Assembly: GCA_903825285.1 (NCBI GenBank)
Contig: CAIJZY010000048.1
Span: 8,231-72,230, forward strand
Direction of reading: 5' to 3'
Length of the DNA stretch: 64,000 nucleotides
Source: an uncultured Opitutia bacterium
GTDB lineage: Bacteria > Verrucomicrobiota > Verrucomicrobiia > Opitutales > Opitutaceae
Part shown: positions 54,548 to 63,439 of the stretch, piece after piece
Numbering within the stretch: the first letter of the stretch is position 1
How the letters are laid out: every line of letters starts with the position of its first letter
Made by a program: the position numbers and the translations under genes
Notes under the pieces: model-generated
What the model was told of the DNA's origin: nothing
Database searches by the model: none
The model's input: only the letters and a program-made list of their open reading frames with translations

Positions 54548-57500
54548 ATGAGCGCCACCGCCCGGCCATTCTTTTCCGCGTCCGCGGCGCACCTCGCCGG
54601 CGACCCGGGCCCGTTGCGGGAGCCCGGGCAGGTGGTGGAGGCCGTCTATCGGCGCGAGGGCCGCCTCAGGTATGCCGCGGAGGATCGCGCGATCGTCGGG
54701 CGCAATGGGAAATATTTCAATAATCGCCCGCTCTACTGCGCGGCCAATACCGACGGCGCCGCACTCGCAGGGGATCGCCCGCTGGTGCGACTCATCGCCA
54801 AGCCGTTTTTGCACGGCGCTTGGACCCTCGCGATTATTCGCCAGGAGAGGGCCGTCTGGCTGCACGACTTTGCCGAAATCGAGTCGCGCTATCGTTGCGG
54901 CAGCATGACCTGGCATTGTGCCGACTCCGCCTTCCCCGGCCTGGAGGTGGCCCTCCGGGTGGTGCCGCTGGCCGAGACCGCCGGCTTCGCCGCGCGGCTG
55001 CAGGTGGCCGGTGGACGCGTCGGTGACCAGCTGCTCTGGAGCTTCGGCGGCGCGCGGCGGGAGGAGGGCGACCCGCGGTGGAACTGGGACCCGGTCATGT
55101 GCGGCAATCCCGAATTTCGGCGTACCGGCGATCCGCGACGGCCGCTGCTGTTTCAAGGGATGGTCCCCGAATTCAGCGAGGGGAACAAGGCGACGATTGA
55201 CGGGCCGCACTTTCGGCTGATGGCCACGGCTGACGCCACGCACGTCGTCACCGGAAGGGGCAGCCGGACGGACCAGCTGAAGATCGGCGATGCCGCCGGT
55301 TCGACGAATCCCCGGCAGTTGGTGGCCTCGGCTCCGGGCGAGGCGCCCGTGGTTGTCGGCTCCGTTAACCTGGCCGCCCCGCGGGATGAGTGGTTTTTCT
55401 CCTGCGAAACCTCCCCAGTCGGCGCGACGTCGCCTGGCCAGGGGATCGCGGATCCTGCTCAGGCATTCGCCGCGGGCGCGGCCTATCTCGGCGAAGTCGA
55501 GCGCCTGCAGGTGACGAGCCCGGATGAACGGTTGAATGCCGCGGTCGCGGCCGTCTGCCACGCCGTGGATGGAAACTGCGAGCGCGACACGCACATCTTC
55601 CGCCATGGCTGCATGGCCTTTAATTGCCGTTTTGTCGGCTGGCGGGTGATCTGTGGCGCCACGGCGCTCGGCTGGCACGAGCGGGTGCTGGGCAACGCCC
55701 GCTACACCATCGGCCTGCAAAAAAAATCCGACCCGGACCGCCTTCACGCCGCCACGAACGAGCAGCATCTGCACATGCACGAGGGCAAGAACTCGCGCAT
55801 CCACGGCCGCGGCTCGCTCGACCGGGAGTTCATGGTGTACGATGTGCAGTCGCAGTTTTTTGACCAGACCCTCAGCGACTGGCGCGCCACCGCGGACCCG
55901 GCGATGGAGCAGCTCCTGCGGCCGGCGCTGGAGCTGCACGTGGAGTGGCTGAAGGACTGTTTCGATCCCGACGACGACGGGCTGTACGAGAGCTACATCA
56001 ACACGCTCCCCACCGACTCGGTGTGGTATAACGGCGGCGGCAGCGCCGAGGCTTCCGCCTATGCGTTCACCGCGCATCGCGCGGCGGCGGACCTGGCGCG
56101 GCGCGCGGGTGATACCGTCGCCCTCGACCGTCATCTGGCTCAGGCGGACAAGATCCAGCGGGCGATGCGCGAGCTCCTCTGGGTGAAGGACCGCGGGCAT
56201 TTCGGCGCGTATCGCGAGCAGGGCGGCCTCGGCCGGCTCCACACCGACGCCTGGACCTACAGCGTCTTTCTCCCGATTGACGCCGGCCTCACCTCGGCGG
56301 AGGAGGCCCTGCAGTCGCTGTATTCCACCGAGTGGGACCTCGAGCGCATACCCCTGCCGTTCGGGGGCGAGCTCTGCCAGCTGTCCAACTGGGTGCCGTG
56401 GAAATGGTCGGTCCGCGACATGTTTGGCGGCGACATGTTCGCCCTCGCGCTGGCCTATTTTCAGACCGGACTCGGTGACGCCGGCTACCAGCTGCTGCAG
56501 GGCGCGATGCTTGAGGGCGCGTTCGCCAGCGCGGTGCCGGGCGGCTTCAGCCACATCGGGGCGGCGACGGATTTCGGCGACAACGCGCATATGTTCGCGC
56601 GCACGGTGGTCGAGGGACTGTACGGCTATGCGCCCGATTACCCGAACAACCGGGTGCTGATCCGCCCGGCATTGCCGACGAGCTGGCCGGCCGCGGCGAT
56701 TGCCACGCCCGATTTCAGCCTCGATTTTCGCCAGGACGGCGCGACCGACCGCTACCGCCTGATGCTGACGAAGCCCGCCGAGGTCGTTTGCCGCCTTCCC
56801 CTCCGGGCCGAGAAAATCCTCCGCGTCACCCTCGACGGGCGTGAAATCACCGGGCGGACCGAGGCTGGCTTCGGTTTCACCGTGCTGGAAATCAAGGCCC
56901 CCGCGGGAGTAAGCTTCGAGTTGGCCATCGAGCTGGAGCACCGGGTTCCGCAGAGTGAACCCATCCGCCTCGCGGGCTGCGTGGGTGACAACGTGGTTTT
57001 GCAGGTGCCGGGAGGTGCCCCGCAGTCCTGGCGGGACTTGCACGACGTGCTGGAGGGTGCCCGCCCCGACAGTTCCGCCCTCGCTGGTCGGCTGGCAGCG
57101 AAGTCCGGGCATCACCTCGTGCTGGCGCATTGCCGCTGCGGGGAGTTGCCCCGCTGGCAGGTCTTCCAGCTGCAGATTACCGATCCCGCCGCCAGTATCG
57201 CGCGCCGCGCGCGCACGCCCCGCGAGCCGGTCCCGTCGGCGGGGTGGGAGTGCCTGGACCTCTCGGCGCATTACAACGGCGACGTCCGCACCATCTTCCA
57301 GCAGCGCTATCTCTCCCCGCGTCCGGCGACCTGCTCGGTGCGACTGGGCAGCGATGGCTATTCCGCCTGGACGTTTCCCTACTGGAACCTGCACGCGCCA
57401 AAGATCGACCTCAGCGCCGTGGCCCAGCTGGCCGACGCGCCCGGCCGGATCATGACCCCCGCGCGCGTGCCCTTCACGCGGTTTGCCGAGGATCGGAACA

Positions 57501-57916
57501 TCGCGTTCACGTCCCGCTGGGACAACTGGCCGACCGCCGTGGAAATTCCGATCCAGCGGAAGGCGTCCACGATCTGGCTGATGGTGTGCGGCACGACCTT
57601 CCCGATGCAGACGCGCATCGCCAATGCCGAATTCCGTTTCCGCTACGCCGACGGGCTGGTCGAAAAACTCGAGCTGATCCCGCCGGATAATTTCTGGATG
57701 CTCTGCCCATGGGGCGGCGAGGATTACAATTATGCGCATGATGGGTTCTGCCTGCCGCCGGAGCCGCCGCCGCAGGTCCAGCTCGGCGCGAACTGCCGCG
57801 CGATGGTGCTCTCGTGGCGGCTGCGCGCCGGCGCACAGCTTGAGAGCGTCACGCTCGAAACCCTGTCCCAGGATGTCGTCATCGGCCTGATGGGCCTGAG
57901 CCTGGAGACGACCTGA
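54548..57916 (+). CDS. Large hypothetical cytoplasmic protein, 1122 aa, beta-rich N-terminal region plus central six-hairpin-like domain plus beta-sandwich C-terminus
   Basis: The track ORF is trimmed to the ATG at 54548, 5 nt after the previous stop. No signal peptide. The domain impressions come from sequence composition only. Confidence 0.6.
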   Translation: MSATARPFFSASAAHLAGDPGPLREPGQVVEAVYRREGRLRYAAEDRAIVGRNGKYFNNRPLYCAANTDGAALAGDRPLVRLIAKPFLHGAWTLAIIRQERAVWLHDFAEIESRYRCGSMTWHCADSAFPGLEVALRVVPLAETAGFAARLQVAGGRVGDQLLWSFGGARREEGDPRWNWDPVMCGNPEFRRTGDPRRPLLFQGMVPEFSEGNKATIDGPHFRLMATADATHVVTGRGSRTDQLKIGDAAGSTNPRQLVASAPGEAPVVVGSVNLAAPRDEWFFSCETSPVGATSPGQGIADPAQAFAAGAAYLGEVERLQVTSPDERLNAAVAAVCHAVDGNCERDTHIFRHGCMAFNCRFVGWRVICGATALGWHERVLGNARYTIGLQKKSDPDRLHAATNEQHLHMHEGKNSRIHGRGSLDREFMVYDVQSQFFDQTLSDWRATADPAMEQLLRPALELHVEWLKDCFDPDDDGLYESYINTLPTDSVWYNGGGSAEASAYAFTAHRAAADLARRAGDTVALDRHLAQADKIQRAMRELLWVKDRGHFGAYREQGGLGRLHTDAWTYSVFLPIDAGLTSAEEALQSLYSTEWDLERIPLPFGGELCQLSNWVPWKWSVRDMFGGDMFALALAYFQTGLGDAGYQLLQGAMLEGAFASAVPGGFSHIGAATDFGDNAHMFARTVVEGLYGYAPDYPNNRVLIRPALPTSWPAAAIATPDFSLDFRQDGATDRYRLMLTKPAEVVCRLPLRAEKILRVTLDGREITGRTEAGFGFTVLEIKAPAGVSFELAIELEHRVPQSEPIRLAGCVGDNVVLQVPGGAPQSWRDLHDVLEGARPDSSALAGRLAAKSGHHLVLAHCRCGELPRWQVFQLQITDPAASIARRARTPREPVPSAGWECLDLSAHYNGDVRTIFQQRYLSPRPATCSVRLGSDGYSAWTFPYWNLHAPKIDLSAVAQLADAPGRIMTPARVPFTRFAEDRNIAFTSRWDNWPTAVEIPIQRKASTIWLMVCGTTFPMQTRIANAEFRFRYADGLVEKLELIPPDNFWMLCPWGGEDYNYAHDGFCLPPEPPPQVQLGANCRAMVLSWRLRAGAQLESVTLETLSQDVVIGLMGLSLETT

Positions 57917-57934
57917 GTCCATTCGCGCACCGCC

Positions 57935-60520
57935 ATGAGCCAGCCCGACTTTTATTTCACGCTCCTCAACCACTGGAGCTACACCGGCATCGGCTGGAAC
58001 CTGGGACTCGAGTCCTGCGCGCAGTCCATCACCGACAGCCTCGACATGGCGGACTACGCGCCGAGCGTGAAGACCGGCATCAACCTCGATGCGCTGACCT
58101 ATGAGTTGGTGGCCGAGTGGTACCCCCACGTGGTGCGCCGACTGCAGCGCTACCTCGATGCGGGCCGCGTTGAGATCGTGGGCGGCACGTTCGGCCAGCC
58201 GATGGGCTCGATGGTTTCCGGCGAGTCCAACCTCCGGCAGCTGGCCGTGGGCCAGCAGACCATCCGCCGCGTCCTGGGCCGTCCCGTGGCCGTCTTCCTC
58301 GAGGAGGAGGAGATGAGCCATCCGCAGATTCCGCAGCTGCTCGCACTGACGGGCTACCGCTACGCGAGTTTGGCGCAGTGTGACACCTGGGGCCGGCACG
58401 GCGCGCCGTGCGTGGAGGAGCCGGTCATCTGGTGGGAGGGCGTGGACGGCACGCGCATGCTCGCGGTCCCGGCCAGCCCGCTGGTGTTCCACCCGCCGAT
58501 GGTCACGCACGACATCGACTGGCTCTGGAGTGACGCCGGCCGAGCCATGCTCGCGCGGATGGGACGCGACCGGGTGCCACTGGCGCTGAAGTGGACCGAA
58601 TTCGGCTGGGAGAAGCTGACGGGCAAATCCATCAACAAGTTCGACCCCGAGCTCTTCAAGGTGCTCTCGGCAAAATTCCACGTCGAGTACCTCACGGTCG
58701 AGCAGTACCTCGACCGGCAGGCCGCGACGGCCTCGAGCGTGCCAGTGCAGCGGCTGGTGGCGGACGATTTCGCGAAGTTGCTCCCGTGGGGCATCGGCGG
58801 CGACCAGATCCGACGGTTCGGCCGCGAGGTCGAGGCGGTGCTGCTGGCCGCCGAGCGGTTCGAGGCGGTGGCCCAGGCGCTGCGGCTCGGCGGCGACGAG
58901 GCCGAGACCCTGCGGCGCGCGTGGCGCAACCTGCTCGCGGCGCAAAGCCACGATGTTTCACTCTGCGAATACACGCGTCACCAGGGCGCCACGCCGCCGG
59001 TCGATCCGGTGCTCGACGCGCATTTCCAGACCTGGGGCTCGTATGGCTACCGCGCGATGGACGACGCGATGGACGCGGGCCGCGGCGTGCTGCGCCGCGC
59101 GCAGGAGGCCATCGCCGGAGCGGTCGCCACGGGCCCGGCCGGCCCCGGCCGCATCGCCGCCGTGGTCTTCAATCCCTGCGGCTTCGCGCGCGACACGCTG
59201 ATCACGACCGGCACCCTGCAGCTGGAGGAGTTTGGCGGCACCGCGGTGCAGGTGCGCAACGCCGCCGGCGAGCCGGTGCCCGCGCAGCTCCTCACGAGCG
59301 AGCGCACGGCGGACGGCCGGCTGGTCTGCGCCGAGGTCGCCTTCCCGGCCCGCGCGCTGCCCTCGGTCGGGTACGAGGCTTTTCGACTGGAGGTCACGAA
59401 CACCGCGTCCGCCGCGCCGGTCACCGACCTGCGCGTGGACCGCGACGCGCTCGTGCTGGAGAACACCCACGTGCGGGTCGCGCTCGATCCCGTCAGCGGC
59501 GCGATCCGCAGCCTGCTTGACCGGCGCAGCGGCCGGGAGCTGCTGCAAGGCGCCGAGCGGCCGTTCCCGACGCTGACCGGCGAGGCCAACGGCTCGTCGC
59601 CGCTGGCGCGGCCGCCGCGCACGCCGGTGGAGCCGTACCACACCGCCCGCACCCAGGCGCAGATCGCCTGGCTCGAGACCGGGCCGCTGCGCGCCCGCGT
59701 GCGGGCCATGCACCCGGAGACGCGCGGGCTGCGCTTCGAGATCACGGTCACGCTCGCGGCGCAGTCGCCGGACGTGGATGTCCAGGTGCGCGTCTTCCCC
59801 GACCTGCCGCCGAAGACCGGCGAGGCGAAGATCAACGGCTGGCAGTTCCCGCTGACGATCGAGGAGGGCTACTGGCTCGAGCTCGTGCCGGCGTTCCCGG
59901 TGGCGACCGTGCTCCGCGACTATCCCTTCGGCGCGGAGACCGGCGGCAAGGCGGCGGTCACGGCGCTGACCTGGCTCGACCTGATGGCGGCGGACGGCAG
60001 CGGGCTGCTGCTCGTCCACAGCGGCACGCAGTATTTCCAGCGCCGGCCCGACGGCACGTTCGCCAACCTCGTCGTGCGCGAGTGGGAGTCGCATTTCACC
60101 GGGGAGTTCGGCTGGCCGCGGACCTGCGTCTACCGCTACGCGCTGCGGCCGCACGGCCCGGGGTTCGCGACCGCGGACCGCGTGCGGACGGCGCAGGCCT
60201 TTGACCAGCAACCCCGCTGCGTCGTGACGGCCCCGCACCCCGGCGCGCTGCCGCCGCGCGGCGGCTTCCTCGCGGTCGAGGGCGACGGCGCGGTCCTGTC
60301 CGCCTTCCGCCGTCCGGACGCGGGCGATCCCCGCTGCGAGGTCCGGGTGGTCGAGTGCGACGGCCAGGCAGGGAAGGCGCGGCTGGTCACGACGCTGCCA
60401 TTGACGTCGCGGCAGGCGACGGACGCACTGGGCCGGACCCAGGGCGGGCCGGCGGCCGCGCTGGCGGACGGCTTTACCCTGCGTCCGTGGGAGATCAAAA
60501 CCCTTACCCTGCATCCATGA
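57935..60520 (+). CDS. GH38-like (alpha-mannosidase-fold) protein with non-canonical catalytic motifs
   Basis: 861 aa. It appears colinear with bacterial cytosolic GH38 enzymes, for example GRVEIVGGTFGQPMGSMVSGESNLRQLAVGQ compared with the GH38 G.W...D.n..sgEslvRQ block. The metal-binding and nucleophile positions appear substituted. Confidence 0.6.
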   Translation: MSQPDFYFTLLNHWSYTGIGWNLGLESCAQSITDSLDMADYAPSVKTGINLDALTYELVAEWYPHVVRRLQRYLDAGRVEIVGGTFGQPMGSMVSGESNLRQLAVGQQTIRRVLGRPVAVFLEEEEMSHPQIPQLLALTGYRYASLAQCDTWGRHGAPCVEEPVIWWEGVDGTRMLAVPASPLVFHPPMVTHDIDWLWSDAGRAMLARMGRDRVPLALKWTEFGWEKLTGKSINKFDPELFKVLSAKFHVEYLTVEQYLDRQAATASSVPVQRLVADDFAKLLPWGIGGDQIRRFGREVEAVLLAAERFEAVAQALRLGGDEAETLRRAWRNLLAAQSHDVSLCEYTRHQGATPPVDPVLDAHFQTWGSYGYRAMDDAMDAGRGVLRRAQEAIAGAVATGPAGPGRIAAVVFNPCGFARDTLITTGTLQLEEFGGTAVQVRNAAGEPVPAQLLTSERTADGRLVCAEVAFPARALPSVGYEAFRLEVTNTASAAPVTDLRVDRDALVLENTHVRVALDPVSGAIRSLLDRRSGRELLQGAERPFPTLTGEANGSSPLARPPRTPVEPYHTARTQAQIAWLETGPLRARVRAMHPETRGLRFEITVTLAAQSPDVDVQVRVFPDLPPKTGEAKINGWQFPLTIEEGYWLELVPAFPVATVLRDYPFGAETGGKAAVTALTWLDLMAADGSGLLLVHSGTQYFQRRPDGTFANLVVREWESHFTGEFGWPRTCVYRYALRPHGPGFATADRVRTAQAFDQQPRCVVTAPHPGALPPRGGFLAVEGDGAVLSAFRRPDAGDPRCEVRVVECDGQAGKARLVTTLPLTSRQATDALGRTQGGPAAALADGFTLRPWEIKTLTLHP

Positions 60521-61521
60521 ACCCGACCCTGTCACCGTCCCCGGCCGCCGCCGCGCTCCTGCGCGGGTCCGACCGGAACATCCTCCTCGGCCTCTACGAG
60601 AAGCTCGTGCTCATCCGCGAGTTCGAGGAGCGCGTGAAGTTCCTGTTCCTCGAGGGCACGATGCCCGGCACGATCCACCAGTGCCAGGGCCAGGAGGCCA
60701 CGGCGGTCGGCGTGTGCGCGGCGCTGCGGTCCGACGACTTCATCACCTCGACCTTCCGCGGCCACGGCCACGCGCTCGCGAAGGGCCTCGGCGTGCAGGA
60801 GATGCTCGACGAGCTGTTCGGCGCGTCCACCGGCTGCTGCAAGGGCAAGGGCGGTTCCATGCACATGGGCAACATGGACCGCGGCATGGTGCCCGGCATC
60901 GCGATCGTGGCGGGCGGCATCCCGCTGGCCGCCGGCATGGCGCTCGCGTTCAAGCTCCAGCAGCGGCCGCAGGTCGTCGCGTGCTTCTTCGGCGACGGCG
61001 CGGTGGCGGAGGGCGCGTTCCACGAGGGCGTGAACATGGCCGCGCTCTGGAACCTGCCGGTCGTGCTGGTCTGCGAGAACAACCTCTACGGCGCCTCGAC
61101 GCGCATCGACAAGGTGATGAAGAATCCCTGCGTGGCCGACCGCGCGGCGGCGTACGGCTTCCGCGGCGAGACGGTGGACGGCAACGACGTCCTCGCCGTG
61201 CTCGCGGCGGCGCAGCGCGCCGTGGCGGAGTGCCGCGCGGGGCAGGGGCCGGTGCTGCTTGAGCTGCTGACCTACCGGCGGACCGGTCACTCGCGCCGCG
61301 ACGCCTGCCACTACCAGCCGAAGGACGAGCGCGAGGCGTGGTTCGCCCGCGACCCGATCGAGCGCTTCGCCGCGCAATTGGCCGAGCGCGGCGACGTGAC
61401 CCCGGCGGACCTCGCCGCGATCCGCGCCCGGGTGGAACAGCAGATCGCGGCCGCCGTGGCCGTCGCCCAGCGCGCGCCGCAGCCCACCTTGGCGGACCTC
61501 ACCACCGACGTGTACGCCTGA
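60517..61521 (+). CDS. TPP-dependent 2-oxoacid/acetoin dehydrogenase E1 component, alpha subunit
   Basis: ATGA overlap with the previous gene. The TPP motif is GDGAVAEGAFHEGVNMAALWNLPVVLVCENN, and YRRTGHSRRD is present. Confidence 0.9.
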   Translation: MNPTLSPSPAAAALLRGSDRNILLGLYEKLVLIREFEERVKFLFLEGTMPGTIHQCQGQEATAVGVCAALRSDDFITSTFRGHGHALAKGLGVQEMLDELFGASTGCCKGKGGSMHMGNMDRGMVPGIAIVAGGIPLAAGMALAFKLQQRPQVVACFFGDGAVAEGAFHEGVNMAALWNLPVVLVCENNLYGASTRIDKVMKNPCVADRAAAYGFRGETVDGNDVLAVLAAAQRAVAECRAGQGPVLLELLTYRRTGHSRRDACHYQPKDEREAWFARDPIERFAAQLAERGDVTPADLAAIRARVEQQIAAAVAVAQRAPQPTLADLTTDVYA

Positions 61522-61529
61522 ATTTGCCC

Positions 61530-62357
61530 ATGAGCACATTACCCCTGACGGAATTGACGGACCCGGAGCGCCGGCTGGCGGCGGCCCAGTATGAACGCGA
61601 TGGCTTTTTTCTCGCCCCGGCGCTCATCCCGCCGGAGCTGCTCGCCCGCGTGCGGCCGCGGATCGACGCGGTCTACGCCGGCGAGTACGAGACCGGCCGC
61701 ACGCCCGAGGGCGCCCCGCCCGGCCGCAAGGAGCCGCCGACCTCGCTCGTGAAGATCAACAACGCCCATTGCTCGGACCGCACGATCCACGAGTTTGTCA
61801 CGCACCCCGCGATCGGCCGCTGGGCGGCGGCGCTGACCGGCAGCAAGTGGGTGCAGGTGTTTGCGACCCAGATGCTGATCAAGCCCCCCGGCAGCCGCGA
61901 CAACGGCAACGTCGGCTGGCACCAGGACTACGAGTACTGGGACGGTGCGTTCACCGGCGAGGTGTTCACGGCGTGGGCGGCGGTGAGCGACGTCACGGCC
62001 GAGTCCGGCCCGATGCGCTTTGTGCCCGGCTCGCAGAACTGGGGCCTGCTGAAGGCCGGCGACTTCTACGGCCGCGACCTCGACGTGGTGAAGCGGCGCC
62101 TGCTCGAGAAGAGCGGCGCGACCGAGTGGCGCGAGGTGGCGGCGGTGCTGCCGCCGGGCGGTGTGAGCTTCCACGACAAGCTCACCGTGCACGGCAGCGG
62201 TCCCAACCTCGCCGCCGGCCCGCGCGTCAGCTTCGCCATCCACCTCCGCACCGAGCGCTCCGCGCTACGCGATGGCGTGAAGTGGAGCGACATCCCGTTC
62301 CTCAACGACCTCGACGACCCCTGGGACAGTCCGGTCTACGGCGAGAAATCCACCTGA
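61530..62357 (+). CDS. Phytanoyl-CoA dioxygenase (PhyH) family Fe(II)/2-oxoglutarate oxygenase
   Basis: The track ORF is trimmed to the ATG at 61530. YERDGFFLAP..., VGWHQDYEYW (the HxD iron ligands), FHDKLTVHGSGPN and RVSFAIHL form the PhyH pattern. Confidence 0.85.
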   Translation: MSTLPLTELTDPERRLAAAQYERDGFFLAPALIPPELLARVRPRIDAVYAGEYETGRTPEGAPPGRKEPPTSLVKINNAHCSDRTIHEFVTHPAIGRWAAALTGSKWVQVFATQMLIKPPGSRDNGNVGWHQDYEYWDGAFTGEVFTAWAAVSDVTAESGPMRFVPGSQNWGLLKAGDFYGRDLDVVKRRLLEKSGATEWREVAAVLPPGGVSFHDKLTVHGSGPNLAAGPRVSFAIHLRTERSALRDGVKWSDIPFLNDLDDPWDSPVYGEKST

Positions 62358-62361
62358 ACCC

Positions 62362-63378
62362 ATGAAACGACAAGGCATCGCAGAGGCGCTTCGCGACGGC
62401 ATCGCGGAGGAAATGACCCGGGACCCCAGCGTGTTCTGCATCGGCGAGGATATCGGCGTGCCGGGCGGGTGGGGCGGGGCCTTCACGGTCACGCTCGGGC
62501 TCGCGGAGAAATTTCCCGGCCGCATCATCGACACGCCGATCGCCGAGCTGGGCTTCACCGGCGTGGCGGTCGGGGCGGCGATGATGGGCATGCGGCCGAT
62601 CGCGGACGTGCAGTACGGGGATTTCCTCTTCCTCGCCAGCGACCAGCTGATCAACAACGCCGCCAAGCTCCGCTACATGTCGGGCGGCACCGTGAAGGTG
62701 CCCCTCGTGATGCGCGCGCCGATCGGCGCCACGGGCCGCGGCTCGCAGCACGCGCAGAGCATGGAACGCTACTTCACCGGCGTGCCGGGCCTGAAGGTCG
62801 TGGCCGTCTCCACCGCCTACGACGCGAAGGGGATGCTCAAGGCCGCGGTGCGCGACGACAACCCGGTGATGATCTTCGAGCACAAGCTGCTCTACGGCTC
62901 CAAGGGCGCGCGCGCCGAGCCCGGCGCGGTGGACGCCACCAGCGAGATTCCCGACGACGACTACGTGGTCCCGCTCGACCGCGCGGTCGTCCGCCGCGAG
63001 GGCACGCACGTCACGATCCTCGGCTGGCTGCTGATGGCGCACTTCGCGCAGGCCGCGGCCGCCCAGCTCGCCGCCGAGGGCATCGAGGCCGAGGTGATTG
63101 ATGTCCGCAGCCTGTCCCCGATCGACTACGAGACCATCGGCGCCTCGGTCCGCAAGACCGGCCGCGTCGTCATCGTCGAGGAGGGCCCCAAGACCGGCGG
63201 GGTCAGCGCCGAAATCGCCGCCGGCATCATGGAGCACTGCGCCGACAGCCTCCAGGCCCCCGTCACCCGCGTGGCCTCGGCCGATGTGCCGGTGCCGTTC
63301 ACCCCCATCCTGGAAAACGCCTACCGGCCCGACGTGCCCCGGATCGTCGCCGCCGTGCGGCAGCTGGTGGGGAGCTGA
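62362..63378 (+). CDS. TPP-dependent dehydrogenase E1 component, beta subunit (transketolase-like)
   Basis: IGEDIGVPGGWGGAFTVTLGL...IDTPIAELGFTGVAVGAAMMGMRPIADVQYGDFL is canonical E1 beta. 338 aa. Confidence 0.92.
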   Translation: MKRQGIAEALRDGIAEEMTRDPSVFCIGEDIGVPGGWGGAFTVTLGLAEKFPGRIIDTPIAELGFTGVAVGAAMMGMRPIADVQYGDFLFLASDQLINNAAKLRYMSGGTVKVPLVMRAPIGATGRGSQHAQSMERYFTGVPGLKVVAVSTAYDAKGMLKAAVRDDNPVMIFEHKLLYGSKGARAEPGAVDATSEIPDDDYVVPLDRAVVRREGTHVTILGWLLMAHFAQAAAAQLAAEGIEAEVIDVRSLSPIDYETIGASVRKTGRVVIVEEGPKTGGVSAEIAAGIMEHCADSLQAPVTRVASADVPVPFTPILENAYRPDVPRIVAAVRQLVGS

Positions 63379-63398
63379 ATCCGAAACGAATCGGATTC
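63377..63398 (+). terminator. Hairpin GAATCCGA-AACGAA-TCGGATTC overlapping the E1 beta stop codon
   Basis: Perfect 8-bp stem with no T-run. It lies in the only sizeable gap (61 nt) of the operon. Confidence 0.3.
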
Positions 63399-63439
63399 CA
63401 ATTCGTGCCCATAAGCGCAAATTAGCGGTTCCTCTTCCC

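Noticed and set aside
54467-58951. 1494-aa minus-strand ORF
   Set aside because: It is antisense to two tightly coupled plus-strand genes with good coding character. Its composition is Arg/Gly/Ala/Pro dominated and no recognisable domain is present.
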